DNA of 27,786 nt. It comes from Candidatus Heimdallarchaeota archaeon (GTDB lineage Archaea; Asgardarchaeota; Heimdallarchaeia; Heimdallarchaeales; Heimdallarchaeaceae). The stretch covers positions 1-27,786 of the forward strand of contig JABCTC010000043.1 in the NCBI GenBank assembly GCA_018238545.1. Direction: 5' to 3'. This document shows, in pieces, positions 8,276 through 18,163 of the stretch. The translations under genes and the position numbers were made by a program. The notes under the pieces were generated by a model. The model searched no databases, had not been told where the DNA came from, and saw only the letters and a list, made by a program, of their open reading frames with translations. Every line of letters begins with the position of its first letter. Position 1 is the first letter of the stretch.

Positions 8276-9319
8276 TCACTCTATAACTGTACGACCGTCA
8301 TCTGTCAAATAAACAACATAAGTACGACCCCAACGTTCTCTTTTGATCAAACCCCGTTCTTCCAAAGGAACAAGGTTTCGGGAGATTTTAGACTTTGAAT
8401 AGCCTGTAATTTCACACAAATCTCTTTGAGAAATCTTTCCTTTTTTATCATAAATTATTTTGATAAGAGCTTTTTGATTTTCATTTAATAGCACTCTTCC
8501 AAGTTTTTGTATTGCTTTCTTTTCTCTATAACGAATTAACCAAGTTGTACTCGCTACACCTAAGGAAATTCCTGCTATCACACCGAAAATAAATAAGCTG
8601 TAATTAGATGTTAGAAAAGTTGATTCAGGTTCAAGAATGATTGGTTCATCAAAACGAACTAAGAAAAATGGATTTGAGGAGATTGATAAATTAGTAAACA
8701 TCCAAGAGACAATAATTCGGTTTTTTATTAGAATCTGTGTTGCATTTAATGGATAAAAGGGCGATAAACCTCCATCAGCGTCATGAATGAAGCTTCTTTC
8801 TGGGAGAATTACAGAAAATGTATGTGATAAAGTATAATGTGATATGGTTGAGTAAAACTCAATATAATAGAAAGATGGATCTGATTCTGTAAGTATCAAT
8901 GGAGTAATTATATCATATTTTATGACAAAACTTGAGGTTTCATTCTGCTCGACATCATTTCTAAAATTGACTTCAACCAAATTGGAAGTATTAGTTATAG
9001 GGTACCAGTTATAGATTAAGATACCTTCAGCATCTTCAATTACTAAGGTATTTATGGAATGGTTCAACCACAAATTAACTGAACTTATTGGTACTGCGTT
9101 AGTATTTTCTATAACAAAAGATTCGCTCATGGAAACTGAGTTAACTGTGAATATATCGATTGTCGCAATATGGGAACGAATGACAATTGAATTCGAAGAA
9201 TTAATAGCGAGATTACTAGATGACTCAGTTTGTCCTTGAATCATACTACTAGAATTAAACATCATTACACCTAACAAAGCGAAAACAGTCAATATAGCAA
9301 AGTAAGTTCTAGTCCTCAA
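8276..9319 (-). CDS. Membrane-tethered winged-helix transcriptional regulator (extracellular beta domain - TM - MarR-like HTH; COG2512-like)
   Basis: Signal-like N-terminus from TTG at 9319, an extracellular domain, TM LFIFGVIAGISLGVASTTWLI, then LNENQKALIKII...ISQRDLCEITGYSKSKISRNLVPLEERGLIKRERWGRTYVVYLT. The ORF-track start at 9427 overlaps the upstream gene and is probably too early. Confidence 0.85.
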   Translation of the reverse strand: MRTRTYFAILTVFALLGVMMFNSSSMIQGQTESSSNLAINSSNSIVIRSHIATIDIFTVNSVSMSESFVIENTNAVPISSVNLWLNHSINTLVIEDAEGILIYNWYPITNTSNLVEVNFRNDVEQNETSSFVIKYDIITPLILTESDPSFYYIEFYSTISHYTLSHTFSVILPERSFIHDADGGLSPFYPLNATQILIKNRIIVSWMFTNLSISSNPFFLVRFDEPIILEPESTFLTSNYSLFIFGVIAGISLGVASTTWLIRYREKKAIQKLGRVLLNENQKALIKIIYDKKGKISQRDLCEITGYSKSKISRNLVPLEERGLIKRERWGRTYVVYLTDDGRTVIE

Positions 9320-9407
9320 GTTAATAGAATTTGAACATACAACTAAAAAAGAATTTCCATATGAAGAATAAAAAGAAAAAAGGAGAAAATTACTAATCCG
9401 AGATAGA

Positions 9408-10871
9408 TTAGCTATTAGGAACTTCACCAGAGTGTTCAGCTTGTTCCAATTCAGTTTGTGTTTTCATGCCTTTTTCTAGATAGTCCTCTGCCCATTTTTT
9501 CCTGGTTTCATCAGAAGGAAGTTTAACAAAATATATTATAATTAAACCTATGATGAGTAGTACAACAAGGAAGACTAGCGCAACAGAAAAAGTTCTCCAA
9601 GGTTTACCTTGTGCTGCAAAGTGATCATAGAATAGAGCAATCAATCCACCCCATATCAAAAATGCAACAGAAGCGTTCAAACGTCCTGTTATATAGGAGA
9701 AACCTACATATTCACCTACTTTATCGGGAGGAGCTAATTTTAGTATCATTACTCTCTGAACAACCCACGTTGCACCTATACCTACTCCAACTGATACCAT
9801 CATTATAAAGGTTAAAACGAACATCAAGCTGAACTCTGGAACAATGCTTTTTTCACCATACCATATCGCAAAAACTCCACAGGTCATTCCTACCAAATAA
9901 AGAGCTCCTACTATATATGCGGTAATTTTTGGACCTATTTTGTCTCCCAGCCAGCCAATAATTGGAATAATAATTATTGCCAGTACTACTACTGGTAATT
10001 CAAGAATTAATGACTGACTCTCAGGAAAACCGATTCCATCTCGTAGTATGTTCAAGATTATCAGATTTGCCGTGTTAGCTACATCAACAATAAAGAAAAA
10101 TCCAATAATGAACAAAAACATGTTTTTGTGTTGTCGGATATCTCTAAATGTTCTATAGAGCTGTCCAAAAGAATCTTTCATAAGATTTCCAAATGTCATT
10201 TTTTCTTTCGGTCTTGTTTTCTCTTTTGTGAAGAAGAATGGAATCATAAATAACAAGAACATAACTGCACATGCAACATAAGTTAGCCATTCACCATAAT
10301 ATCCATAATTCACTGGTCCTGCCGTTGGATCGGCATTAGGTTCTCCCAGAGGACTATAGATGAAATTCATTAGGAGTAACAAACCTATTGCAGGAATTAT
10401 ACTTACCCAGCCTAAACCCATAGCAAATCCAGAAGTTTTACCTATGTCCTTTTCAGCTGCAAGCGTTGGTATCATTGCATCATATGCGGATAATGCAGCC
10501 CAATAACTTAGATTTGCTAAAATAAACAACGTCATTACGACAACCAAATCTTTCTTTATCCAGAATAGAGAAGTGGTTACAAGTGTTAGAGCTGTAATCG
10601 AAATAACCCACGGTTTTCTTTTACCCATTCTATCCATCATTGCTCCAAACAACGGAATTAGAGCTATAACGAAGATTTGGCTTAAAGCTTGAACTGTAGT
10701 GAAAAAGAGTGTTGCCTCATCATAAGCCATTCCATACTCTTTTTGACCGATAATCTGAATATATCTCAAAATGATAGTTGATTGAATAATTTGAGAGTAT
10801 ACAGTATTTGCTACATCAAAAAATGAGAAAAGAAAAATGTTTTTCTTATTAGTTTTATTAACAATACTCAT
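9408..10871 (-). CDS. MFS transporter, UMF1/Atg22-like family
   Basis: FDVANTVYS, GAMMDRMGKRK (MFS motif A), YDAMIP...GKTSG, GWLGDKIGPK and LAPPDKVGEYVGF; about 12 hydrophobic segments. Confidence 0.85.
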   Translation of the reverse strand: MSIVNKTNKKNIFLFSFFDVANTVYSQIIQSTIILRYIQIIGQKEYGMAYDEATLFFTTVQALSQIFVIALIPLFGAMMDRMGKRKPWVISITALTLVTTSLFWIKKDLVVVMTLFILANLSYWAALSAYDAMIPTLAAEKDIGKTSGFAMGLGWVSIIPAIGLLLLMNFIYSPLGEPNADPTAGPVNYGYYGEWLTYVACAVMFLLFMIPFFFTKEKTRPKEKMTFGNLMKDSFGQLYRTFRDIRQHKNMFLFIIGFFFIVDVANTANLIILNILRDGIGFPESQSLILELPVVVLAIIIIPIIGWLGDKIGPKITAYIVGALYLVGMTCGVFAIWYGEKSIVPEFSLMFVLTFIMMVSVGVGIGATWVVQRVMILKLAPPDKVGEYVGFSYITGRLNASVAFLIWGGLIALFYDHFAAQGKPWRTFSVALVFLVVLLIIGLIIIYFVKLPSDETRKKWAEDYLEKGMKTQTELEQAEHSGEVPNS

Positions 10872-10920
10872 AATAAACGATTTCTTGCGGTTAAACTATA
10901 ATATAAGTTTTTTGTGAAAT

Positions 10921-11799
10921 CTAAATTGGAAGAATTTCTTTAATGAAATCCTTAAGAGATTGTGCAAACTCCTTGACTCCAGGTCGATGATGCATATAAT
11001 TGTAACCTGGAACTTCAAGAATTTTAGAACCTTCGATAGCTGCAGAGATATTGTCAGAAAAACTGACTGTGTGTAGAGCATCTTTAGAATCTTTGGTAAT
11101 TAATGCAGGAACAGTAATTTTCTCGTAATCTACCATCGCATTCCATTTTGCAATACTTAAGGTTTTTTTCCATCTCATTGCATTGGCTCGACTTATGAAA
11201 CCATGGTAATTCTTCCTTTGGAATCCCTTAGGTATAACGAGATTGATCCAAAGTTTGACAATGGGAAAGGCAATGTATTGCAAAATAAAGGAAGGGATGA
11301 GATATGCTAACCAAAGTATCTTCCTAGGTAAGATGAATTTAATTGAAGGACCAATGAATACAATTCCTGCTGGATTAAGGTCATATTCTACTATCGCTCT
11401 TGCCAGTGTGCTACAACCAAAACTTGCACTAATTATAATTAGTTTACTCTCGTCAAATTTGAAGTGTTCAACGATTTCCTTGATATCTAGACCGAGTCTT
11501 TCCATGTTTGCTTTGTGACCCCATTTTACTCTGGAAGTACTCTTCTCTCTAGAATCGAAGACGAAAAAGTCAAAATCAGGAGATAATTCATCCCAAAGAT
11601 CAGTCCAACTAGGAACTCCAGTACCATATCCGGGACCAAACAAAATTGTGATTCCACTTGATCTTTTATTCTGTGTAGTATAAGAACAAAGCAATTCTGC
11701 ACCATCACTCATTGTAACATATTCTTTAGATGATTTCTCCCAGAATTTTTTTTCTTGAATATAAGTTTCTAAATCAGGCTCATATTGGTCTTCGGTCAA
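10921..11799 (-). CDS. Alpha/beta-fold hydrolase
   Basis: FGPGYG oxyanion loop, FDSREK, SASFG nucleophile-elbow variant, and C-terminal D and H candidates. Likely start is TTG at 11799 (ORF track gives 11886). Confidence 0.72.
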   Translation of the reverse strand: MTEDQYEPDLETYIQEKKFWEKSSKEYVTMSDGAELLCSYTTQNKRSSGITILFGPGYGTGVPSWTDLWDELSPDFDFFVFDSREKSTSRVKWGHKANMERLGLDIKEIVEHFKFDESKLIIISASFGCSTLARAIVEYDLNPAGIVFIGPSIKFILPRKILWLAYLIPSFILQYIAFPIVKLWINLVIPKGFQRKNYHGFISRANAMRWKKTLSIAKWNAMVDYEKITVPALITKDSKDALHTVSFSDNISAAIEGSKILEVPGYNYMHHRPGVKEFAQSLKDFIKEILPI

Positions 11800-11898
11800 T
11801 ATTATCGAACTATAAAGAAATATTCTTGTTTTAAGATTTTGGATGAAGAAGCGTATTAACCCAGAATATTTATTTATAATAAACACAGTAATCGTAAT

Positions 11899-12435
11899 AT
11901 GAAAATTTGGAAACTAATAATTGGTATTCTTTTAGTAGTTGCACCTTTCAGCATTCATTCTGGAGAACTCCTATTTGAGGACACTACATATATGATGACA
12001 CCAATTGGAGGAATTATGATCCGTGGAGGTTCTACAACAATCGCTTTTCACAGTTTTAGTTGGTATACAGAAGATGGAAGAATTGATTACGTTTTTGATA
12101 AAACGTTTGATTTTGTCACAGACGCGGGAGATGGCAATACTCACTGGTTTATCGAATTAGATGGCCTTGATTTAGTTTTAACAATTGAAGGCTTATTGAC
12201 AATTTTGACTCTCTTTGCACTTGCGTTATACCTTATTCTATCATTCTTTAACAATAAGACACTATCATTTATTGGTGACGTGTTATTATTAGGGTGTGCT
12301 GTAATGGCTTTAGTGGCATATATTCTTTTTATAGACAACACATGGATTTCATTTGATCTGAGTATACCAATATCACCGATAATTATGTTTATTGCAGCCA
12401 TATTTGGTTTGGTTCAAACAGCTAAGAGTAAATAG
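11899..12435 (+). CDS. Hypothetical membrane protein (N-terminal TM/signal, ~75-aa loop, three C-terminal TMs)
   Basis: Hydrophobicity pattern of the 178-aa ORF. Confidence 0.7.
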   Translation: MKIWKLIIGILLVVAPFSIHSGELLFEDTTYMMTPIGGIMIRGGSTTIAFHSFSWYTEDGRIDYVFDKTFDFVTDAGDGNTHWFIELDGLDLVLTIEGLLTILTLFALALYLILSFFNNKTLSFIGDVLLLGCAVMALVAYILFIDNTWISFDLSIPISPIIMFIAAIFGLVQTAKSK

Positions 12436-12583
12436 ACACATCAACTCAACAGATTAATGCCATCTTTTTCAATTTTTTTCTCTACTTAATTGATTGTGTG
12501 TTTATATAAATTGTTTCAAGCATTTCTATACATTTGGAAACGCTAACAAGTTTTAAGAACTAGTAACTTTTGTTAGGAAAAAT

Positions 12584-13339
12584 ATGCATGATTCAGAACC
12601 TTATGTTGTTGTTGCAGCTGGTTTTGGAAATTATACTCGAGAGTATCCTGCTTATGCTAAGAAATTTGGTGAAGATAATGTTGTCTGGACTAGCAATTAC
12701 AAACGGTATACTGTTGAAGATCATTTAGAAGAACTAGAATCCAAGATACCAAAAGATAAACCTTACATTCTTGTGGGACACAGTTTGGGAGGTTCTATCA
12801 TCATAGAGTTGATGAGTAGAAAGCCATTAAATAATTGTCAAGGAGTTAGTCTTAATGGCGCTTCTAAACAGGTTCTTTCTCACTGGTTTCTTAATTTCCT
12901 TTTCTACCTTCCAGTTCCAATCATATATTCTTTCTTCATTTTGATGGTTCTTCTATTTCCACTCAACTTTATTCTTACTGGTTTCAATCTTCATAAAGCG
13001 AAACAAGCTTCATTTGAAGGTATTATTAGGTTAACAGAAAATGGAACGAGAGAAATTAAAAAGGAGTATAACTATTGTCTAAGAAAGATTGGTAAAGAAG
13101 TTTTCAGCATACATAAAGATAATTTAAACATTCCAACCTTATTCATTCATCTTGAGAAAGAAATGATGGTCGATGAAGAAGATCTAAAATTTACTAAATC
13201 ATTGTTTAAGAACAAGAGAGTTAAAATTATCAAATCTGATACTATGCATCTTACACATGATTTTGATTATGTTGTTGCAGATCTAATTGGAGAAGAATTG
13301 GATTTCTTTGGTTATGAAAAAATCTCTAAATCTTGTTGA
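12584..13339 (+). CDS. Alpha/beta hydrolase with a hydrophobic membrane-associated lid
   Basis: VGHSLGG nucleophile elbow, hydrophobic segment FLNFLFYLPVPIIYSFFILMVLLFP and a C-terminal MHLTH. Confidence 0.75.
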   Translation: MHDSEPYVVVAAGFGNYTREYPAYAKKFGEDNVVWTSNYKRYTVEDHLEELESKIPKDKPYILVGHSLGGSIIIELMSRKPLNNCQGVSLNGASKQVLSHWFLNFLFYLPVPIIYSFFILMVLLFPLNFILTGFNLHKAKQASFEGIIRLTENGTREIKKEYNYCLRKIGKEVFSIHKDNLNIPTLFIHLEKEMMVDEEDLKFTKSLFKNKRVKIIKSDTMHLTHDFDYVVADLIGEELDFFGYEKISKSC

Positions 13340-14580
13340 GAATCACTTGAAGTTCTTCCCTTTTTCTTAGAACCTTTCAAAGCTTCAGAACTTATTTCAC
13401 TAAGAGTTTTTCTTTTTTCTGGTTTTGTAGAATAATACCTGTTTCTCCAAGAAACCTTATTTCCAAGAAATCCATTTAACAACGATAAGAAAATTATTGT
13501 AATCACTACAACCATTGCTATAGGGTAAAATAGGACAAACATAGCGTTGTTTTTTCCTCGTTTTCTCCAATACAGATAATATGTTACGCCCCAAATTAGA
13601 TACAAGACTATATTTATTGTTATACCTACCGAAAAATCCCAGACCATCCATGATGTTGGATTGACAATAGACATTGCTAGAAAATATGGTGCAGTTAAGC
13701 AATAGATTAACCAGAAGATGACAAACATAACTCTCCAGATAGGGAGTGTTGTTATTCCTCCCCAAATTGCTCTTTTAAAAGCTCTATAGAAATCGATGAA
13801 TTCTCCTGGATACATTCTTGTTGAGACTATTTTTGTATTATCGAAGAAGTAAAGCTTCAGTTCCTTTTCCTTACAAAGTTTAGCTAATGCAACATCTTCA
13901 ACAAGTGAGGAACTTATAGCTAAATGACCACCTAATCTCTCATAACCTTTTCTACAAAACAGCATATACTGACCACTTGCCATGTATGCAGATTTATCAA
14001 ATTGATTGTTTATTTTATCTCTTGGTCCCCCTCCTATGTAACTAAGGAAGTACATAAAACCAACTAAATATTCAAACCATTTCTCAGCTTTTTGATAAGG
14101 AAATAAGGATAACAGTGTTGTATCTGTCGAAAGGAGATGTTCAACAGCAATTTTTAGTGACTTTGGAGTATGCTCTGTATCTGCATCAGTAAATAATAGA
14201 ATTTCACCTTTTGAGGCTTGGTATCCTATGTGGCACCCGTAAGATTTCCCCACCCAACCTCTAGGTAAGTTTTCATCAACAATTACGTTTACATCATATT
14301 CTTTTGCAATATCTGTGGTTCTATCTTTTGATCCTCCGTCAACTACAATTATTTCTAGATTAGGATAGTCTAGAGCTGTTAAACTTTTCAAACATTTACC
14401 AATATTATTTTCCTCTTCTAAAGTTGGAACTATAACACTTACCAAAGGCAATTCATAATCTTGGAGATTCAGATATTCCCAACCATTTCTGCTATTTTTT
14501 ATAATATTTGCTAAATAGATGAAACAACTACTAACAATCAAAATGTAGAGAGTTTCAAAGACAAAGCCCAAGATTATCAC
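13312..14580 (-). CDS. GT2 glycosyltransferase, membrane-bound (HpnB/CrtQ-like lipid/carotenoid glycosyltransferase type)
   Basis: VSVIVP, VVDGGSKD, PRGWVGKSYGC, LLFTDADT (DxD), GQYML, VEDVALA, STRMY and VSWRNRYY. No QxxRW motif. Confidence 0.85.
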   Translation of the reverse strand: MIILGFVFETLYILIVSSCFIYLANIIKNSRNGWEYLNLQDYELPLVSVIVPTLEEENNIGKCLKSLTALDYPNLEIIVVDGGSKDRTTDIAKEYDVNVIVDENLPRGWVGKSYGCHIGYQASKGEILLFTDADTEHTPKSLKIAVEHLLSTDTTLLSLFPYQKAEKWFEYLVGFMYFLSYIGGGPRDKINNQFDKSAYMASGQYMLFCRKGYERLGGHLAISSSLVEDVALAKLCKEKELKLYFFDNTKIVSTRMYPGEFIDFYRAFKRAIWGGITTLPIWRVMFVIFWLIYCLTAPYFLAMSIVNPTSWMVWDFSVGITINIVLYLIWGVTYYLYWRKRGKNNAMFVLFYPIAMVVVITIIFLSLLNGFLGNKVSWRNRYYSTKPEKRKTLSEISSEALKGSKKKGRTSSDSQQDLEIFS

Positions 14581-14671
14581 GTGTTATTAGTGCTGAATTT
14601 ATGAGTCTAGATGTTACTTATAATATTTGTCTTTTGCAAGTAAAAAAGTAGAGGATATTATCTCTTGCTCT

Positions 14672-16309
14672 TTAGTGATAAATATGTTCCTCATCATAGA
14701 TTTTCGGTTTAAATACCTTCATGGATATTGCTAAGAAAGGAAGAATAAAACCTAAGGTTAATCCAATAACTGCGAAAAGAGTGAAAAAGAAGTTCGGATA
14801 TGGTTCTGGTCCGAAAATAGCACAACTCCCAAGCCATGTGGTTGTTGCACAAATTTGCTGCAAAATAGATTCAACAGTCAGATACAGAAAGAAAATGCCT
14901 ACTACATTAAATATTACCCCATATCTATAGATAGGTATTTTCTTATTCCATTGGGTTTTTCCAGGAATCATAGTGTGCTTTCCAAATAATCCTTTGAAAG
15001 CAGGTATCAAAAAGAAAGGAGCTGTAAAACTTCCAAATAATAAGAAGAAAGGAACATACCATATTTTGAGGGGGAATGTTGCTGATTTCATCGTATACAT
15101 TGTTGTAGCTGAAATTGTCGCAAAATAGATAATAAAAGTCAGTGAAAGGATTATAATTAACCACCATTGTCCTAGCATATATGCCCTTACTAAAGGTATA
15201 TCCAACATGTATATTATCGCATAGAAAATTCCAAGGAAATAGAATGAAGTTGCAGCTACAACCAATAGAGAAGATAGCACAACATCAAGTGATTGTCTAA
15301 ATTTCAGTTTTCTTTTTAAAGTATACTTGATTAATTTACCAGTATAATCATACATTATCCCTGATTGACCTGTGAACCATCTAAAGAGCTGACTGATCTG
15401 ATGAGCCATAGTTTCTGGAACCAGAGACATAGACCCTATTTCATCGAGGAAATATCCTTTCTTTCCTTCCATTATTAGATTAACAGAATGGTCAAAGTCT
15501 TCTGTCATTTTTCCTTCAGGAATTGGATATGCAAACTCTCTTTGGAAACAAGCTGTAGAGCCACTGTAGAGAACGGTTCCGATCTTCCTTCGAGCATTTT
15601 CTGAGCAGAATTGTTGTGTTAAACTCATCGCTTCCCAAACATGTAAGAAGTTGGTGACATTTCTAAAACCAAATTTTGCTTGAATAAAAGCAAATTCTGG
15701 ATATTGTTCTAGAATGGCGGCAAATTTTGCAAGAATATCGGGTTTTGGAATATGATCTACATCGAAAAATGCAATAACATCTCCACTGGTTTTTGGTATA
15801 ACAAGATTTAACATATGAGCTTTGAACCTATCATTTTCTTCATAATAGTAGATTGCATTATGCTCCTCACTTATTTGTTTGCACTGTTCTCTTAAATTTT
15901 CATCTGGACTATCATCAGCAACCCAAACTTCGTAATTGGGATATGTCTGTTCTGTGAAACCAATCAAGGTCTCTTCTAACACAATTGGTTGAACATTATG
16001 GATAGGAACAATAACACTAATTTTTATTTTTCCTGTCAAAGCCTTTAAATCATAAGGAACTTCACCAACACGTAAAACTCCATCAATTAATTGAATCGCG
16101 AAATAAAGAGCAATAAAGAAACTAGCAACTTCAACTAGAAGAGCTAAAATATTAAGTATTTGACCTCCAACAGTCAATGGTTCATGTGAACCAATATTAA
16201 GAATAATATTGATGAGTGACCAGACAAAGTATGCTGCAATGAAACCGTATAATATATACCCAAAGATATGATTGATTCGACTCCCGATAACTCTTTTACG
16301 CATAAACAT
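14672..16309 (-). CDS. Processive GT2, cellulose synthase (BcsA/CesA)-like, paralog B
   Basis: ADDS, KAHMLN, FFDVDHIP, IQAKF, YSGSTA, MTED and QLFRW form the D,D,D,QxxRW set; 2 N-terminal and about 5 C-terminal TMs. Confidence 0.88.
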   Translation of the reverse strand: MFMRKRVIGSRINHIFGYILYGFIAAYFVWSLINIILNIGSHEPLTVGGQILNILALLVEVASFFIALYFAIQLIDGVLRVGEVPYDLKALTGKIKISVIVPIHNVQPIVLEETLIGFTEQTYPNYEVWVADDSPDENLREQCKQISEEHNAIYYYEENDRFKAHMLNLVIPKTSGDVIAFFDVDHIPKPDILAKFAAILEQYPEFAFIQAKFGFRNVTNFLHVWEAMSLTQQFCSENARRKIGTVLYSGSTACFQREFAYPIPEGKMTEDFDHSVNLIMEGKKGYFLDEIGSMSLVPETMAHQISQLFRWFTGQSGIMYDYTGKLIKYTLKRKLKFRQSLDVVLSSLLVVAATSFYFLGIFYAIIYMLDIPLVRAYMLGQWWLIIILSLTFIIYFATISATTMYTMKSATFPLKIWYVPFFLLFGSFTAPFFLIPAFKGLFGKHTMIPGKTQWNKKIPIYRYGVIFNVVGIFFLYLTVESILQQICATTTWLGSCAIFGPEPYPNFFFTLFAVIGLTLGFILPFLAISMKVFKPKIYDEEHIYH

Positions 16310-16438
16310 GGTTATTGCGAAAGGATATTTAAATATTCAGCCTTTGATTTTAATTTCTTCCTTATAATAGATGAAGAAAGGATGTCTAAATCTCAAGAAA
16401 GATTGTTTGACTTAGATTTCTATCCTACAAATGAATAA

Positions 16439-18055
16439 TTAATGGTAAATATGCTTGTCTTCATATATTTTAGTTTTGAAATATTTTTTTGTTATAGCCA
16501 TGAAAGGCAAACAAAATATAAGAGTAAAACCAACCAAAGCGAACAACAAAAAGAAAAAGTTACGATAAGGGTCTGCATAATAACAAAAACCTAGAGTATA
16601 ATAGTAACATAATTGTTGAAAAATTGAATCAACTGTTAGGTACAAGAAGAATAAACCAAAGACAGAGTATATTGATGCAATACGGAAAATAGGTATTTTT
16701 TTATTCCACATTGTTTTACCTGGAATAAGCTTGTTTTGACCCATTAAGCCTCTAAATGCAGGGATAATATAAAATGGTGAGATCATACTACCAAAGGAAA
16801 GGAAAAAGGGTATATGCCAATACTTCAGCGGGAAGGATGCAGAATTCATTGAATATATTGTAGTTGCTGTAATAGTCGCAAGATAAATTATAGCTGTTAA
16901 TGCTGTAATTATTATTAGCCAGATGTGACCCAAATTCCATGCCCTAACTAATGGAATTCTTGCAAAATATATGATACTGTAAAGAACACTTAATGTGTAA
17001 AATGAAGTTGCACCAACCACAAGAAATGAAGAAAAAGCAATATCAATTGCTTGTCTCAATTTTATTTTTCTCTGAAAAACCAGTTTAACTAACCTAATTG
17101 CATAATCGAACATAGCTCCAGATTGACCTGTGAACCACCTGAAGGATTGTGAGATCTGATGAGCCATAGTATCTGGAACTAAAGACATAGATCCTATCTC
17201 GTCTAGGAAATATCCTTTCATATTATTGAAAATTAAATTCAAGGATAAATCATAATCTTCTGTCATTTTTTCTTCAGGTATTGGAAAACAATCTTCTCTT
17301 CGGAAAATAGCTGTTGTACCATTGTAAAGAACTGTATCAATTTTCCTTCGAGCGTTTTCAGAACAAAATGCTTGCATCAAACCCATAGCTTCCCAAATAT
17401 GTAAACGGTTGGTAACATTTCTGAAACCAAATTTCGCTTGTATAAAAGAATATTCAGGATATTGTTCCATGATCGCTACAAATTTATCAAGAATTCCTGA
17501 AGTGGGAATATGATCTACATCGAAGAACGCGATCAAACTACCTTTTGTTTTGGGAATCACAATGTTTAGCATGCCGGATTTGAAACGTTTGTTATCTTCG
17601 TAATAATATTTAACATCATATTTTTTGCACACTTTCACACAAGCTTGTCTTAGATCTTCATTTGGACTATCATCAGCAACCCATAAATCGAAGTTTGAAT
17701 ATGTTTGAAGACTAAATCCCTTAATTGTTTCTTCTAAAACACTTGCTTGGACATTATGGGTAGGAACAATTACACTAACTTTCGTTTCTCCAGTAATCTT
17801 CTCAATATCGTAAGGAATTTCTCCAACTTTGAGAACTCCGTCAATCAATTGTATAGCAAAATAAAGAGCAAATACAAAACCAAAAATCTCAACAAATAAG
17901 GCAAGTATATTGAGGATTTGTCCTACAACATTTAATTCAAGATTAAAATCACCAATAATGTTAACTAGAGACCATATGAAATAGGCAGCAATGAAACAAT
18001 ATAATATCAAACCTATTAAGTGATTCACTCTACTCCAGAAGGTTCTTCGATTCAT
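16439..18055 (-). CDS. Processive GT2, cellulose synthase (BcsA/CesA)-like, paralog A
   Basis: ADDS, KSGMLN, FFDVDHIP, IQAKF, YNGTTA, MTED and QSFRW. Colinear over its full length with the 14672-16309 gene. Confidence 0.88.
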   Translation of the reverse strand: MNRRTFWSRVNHLIGLILYCFIAAYFIWSLVNIIGDFNLELNVVGQILNILALFVEIFGFVFALYFAIQLIDGVLKVGEIPYDIEKITGETKVSVIVPTHNVQASVLEETIKGFSLQTYSNFDLWVADDSPNEDLRQACVKVCKKYDVKYYYEDNKRFKSGMLNIVIPKTKGSLIAFFDVDHIPTSGILDKFVAIMEQYPEYSFIQAKFGFRNVTNRLHIWEAMGLMQAFCSENARRKIDTVLYNGTTAIFRREDCFPIPEEKMTEDYDLSLNLIFNNMKGYFLDEIGSMSLVPDTMAHQISQSFRWFTGQSGAMFDYAIRLVKLVFQRKIKLRQAIDIAFSSFLVVGATSFYTLSVLYSIIYFARIPLVRAWNLGHIWLIIITALTAIIYLATITATTIYSMNSASFPLKYWHIPFFLSFGSMISPFYIIPAFRGLMGQNKLIPGKTMWNKKIPIFRIASIYSVFGLFFLYLTVDSIFQQLCYYYTLGFCYYADPYRNFFFLLFALVGFTLIFCLPFMAITKKYFKTKIYEDKHIYH

Positions 18056-18163
18056 GAAGAGGAAACTCAGAGTATGCTATTTAAATCTTGATACATCGAT
18101 GCTTAAAGATAATCCTCACAAATTCAACTAAAGTTATAAAGAACGAAGTTCAAGTTATTTCAG

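Noticed and set aside
14672-18055. Assembly duplication of the GT2 gene
   Set aside because: The copies differ throughout at both DNA and protein level; they are genuine paralogs.
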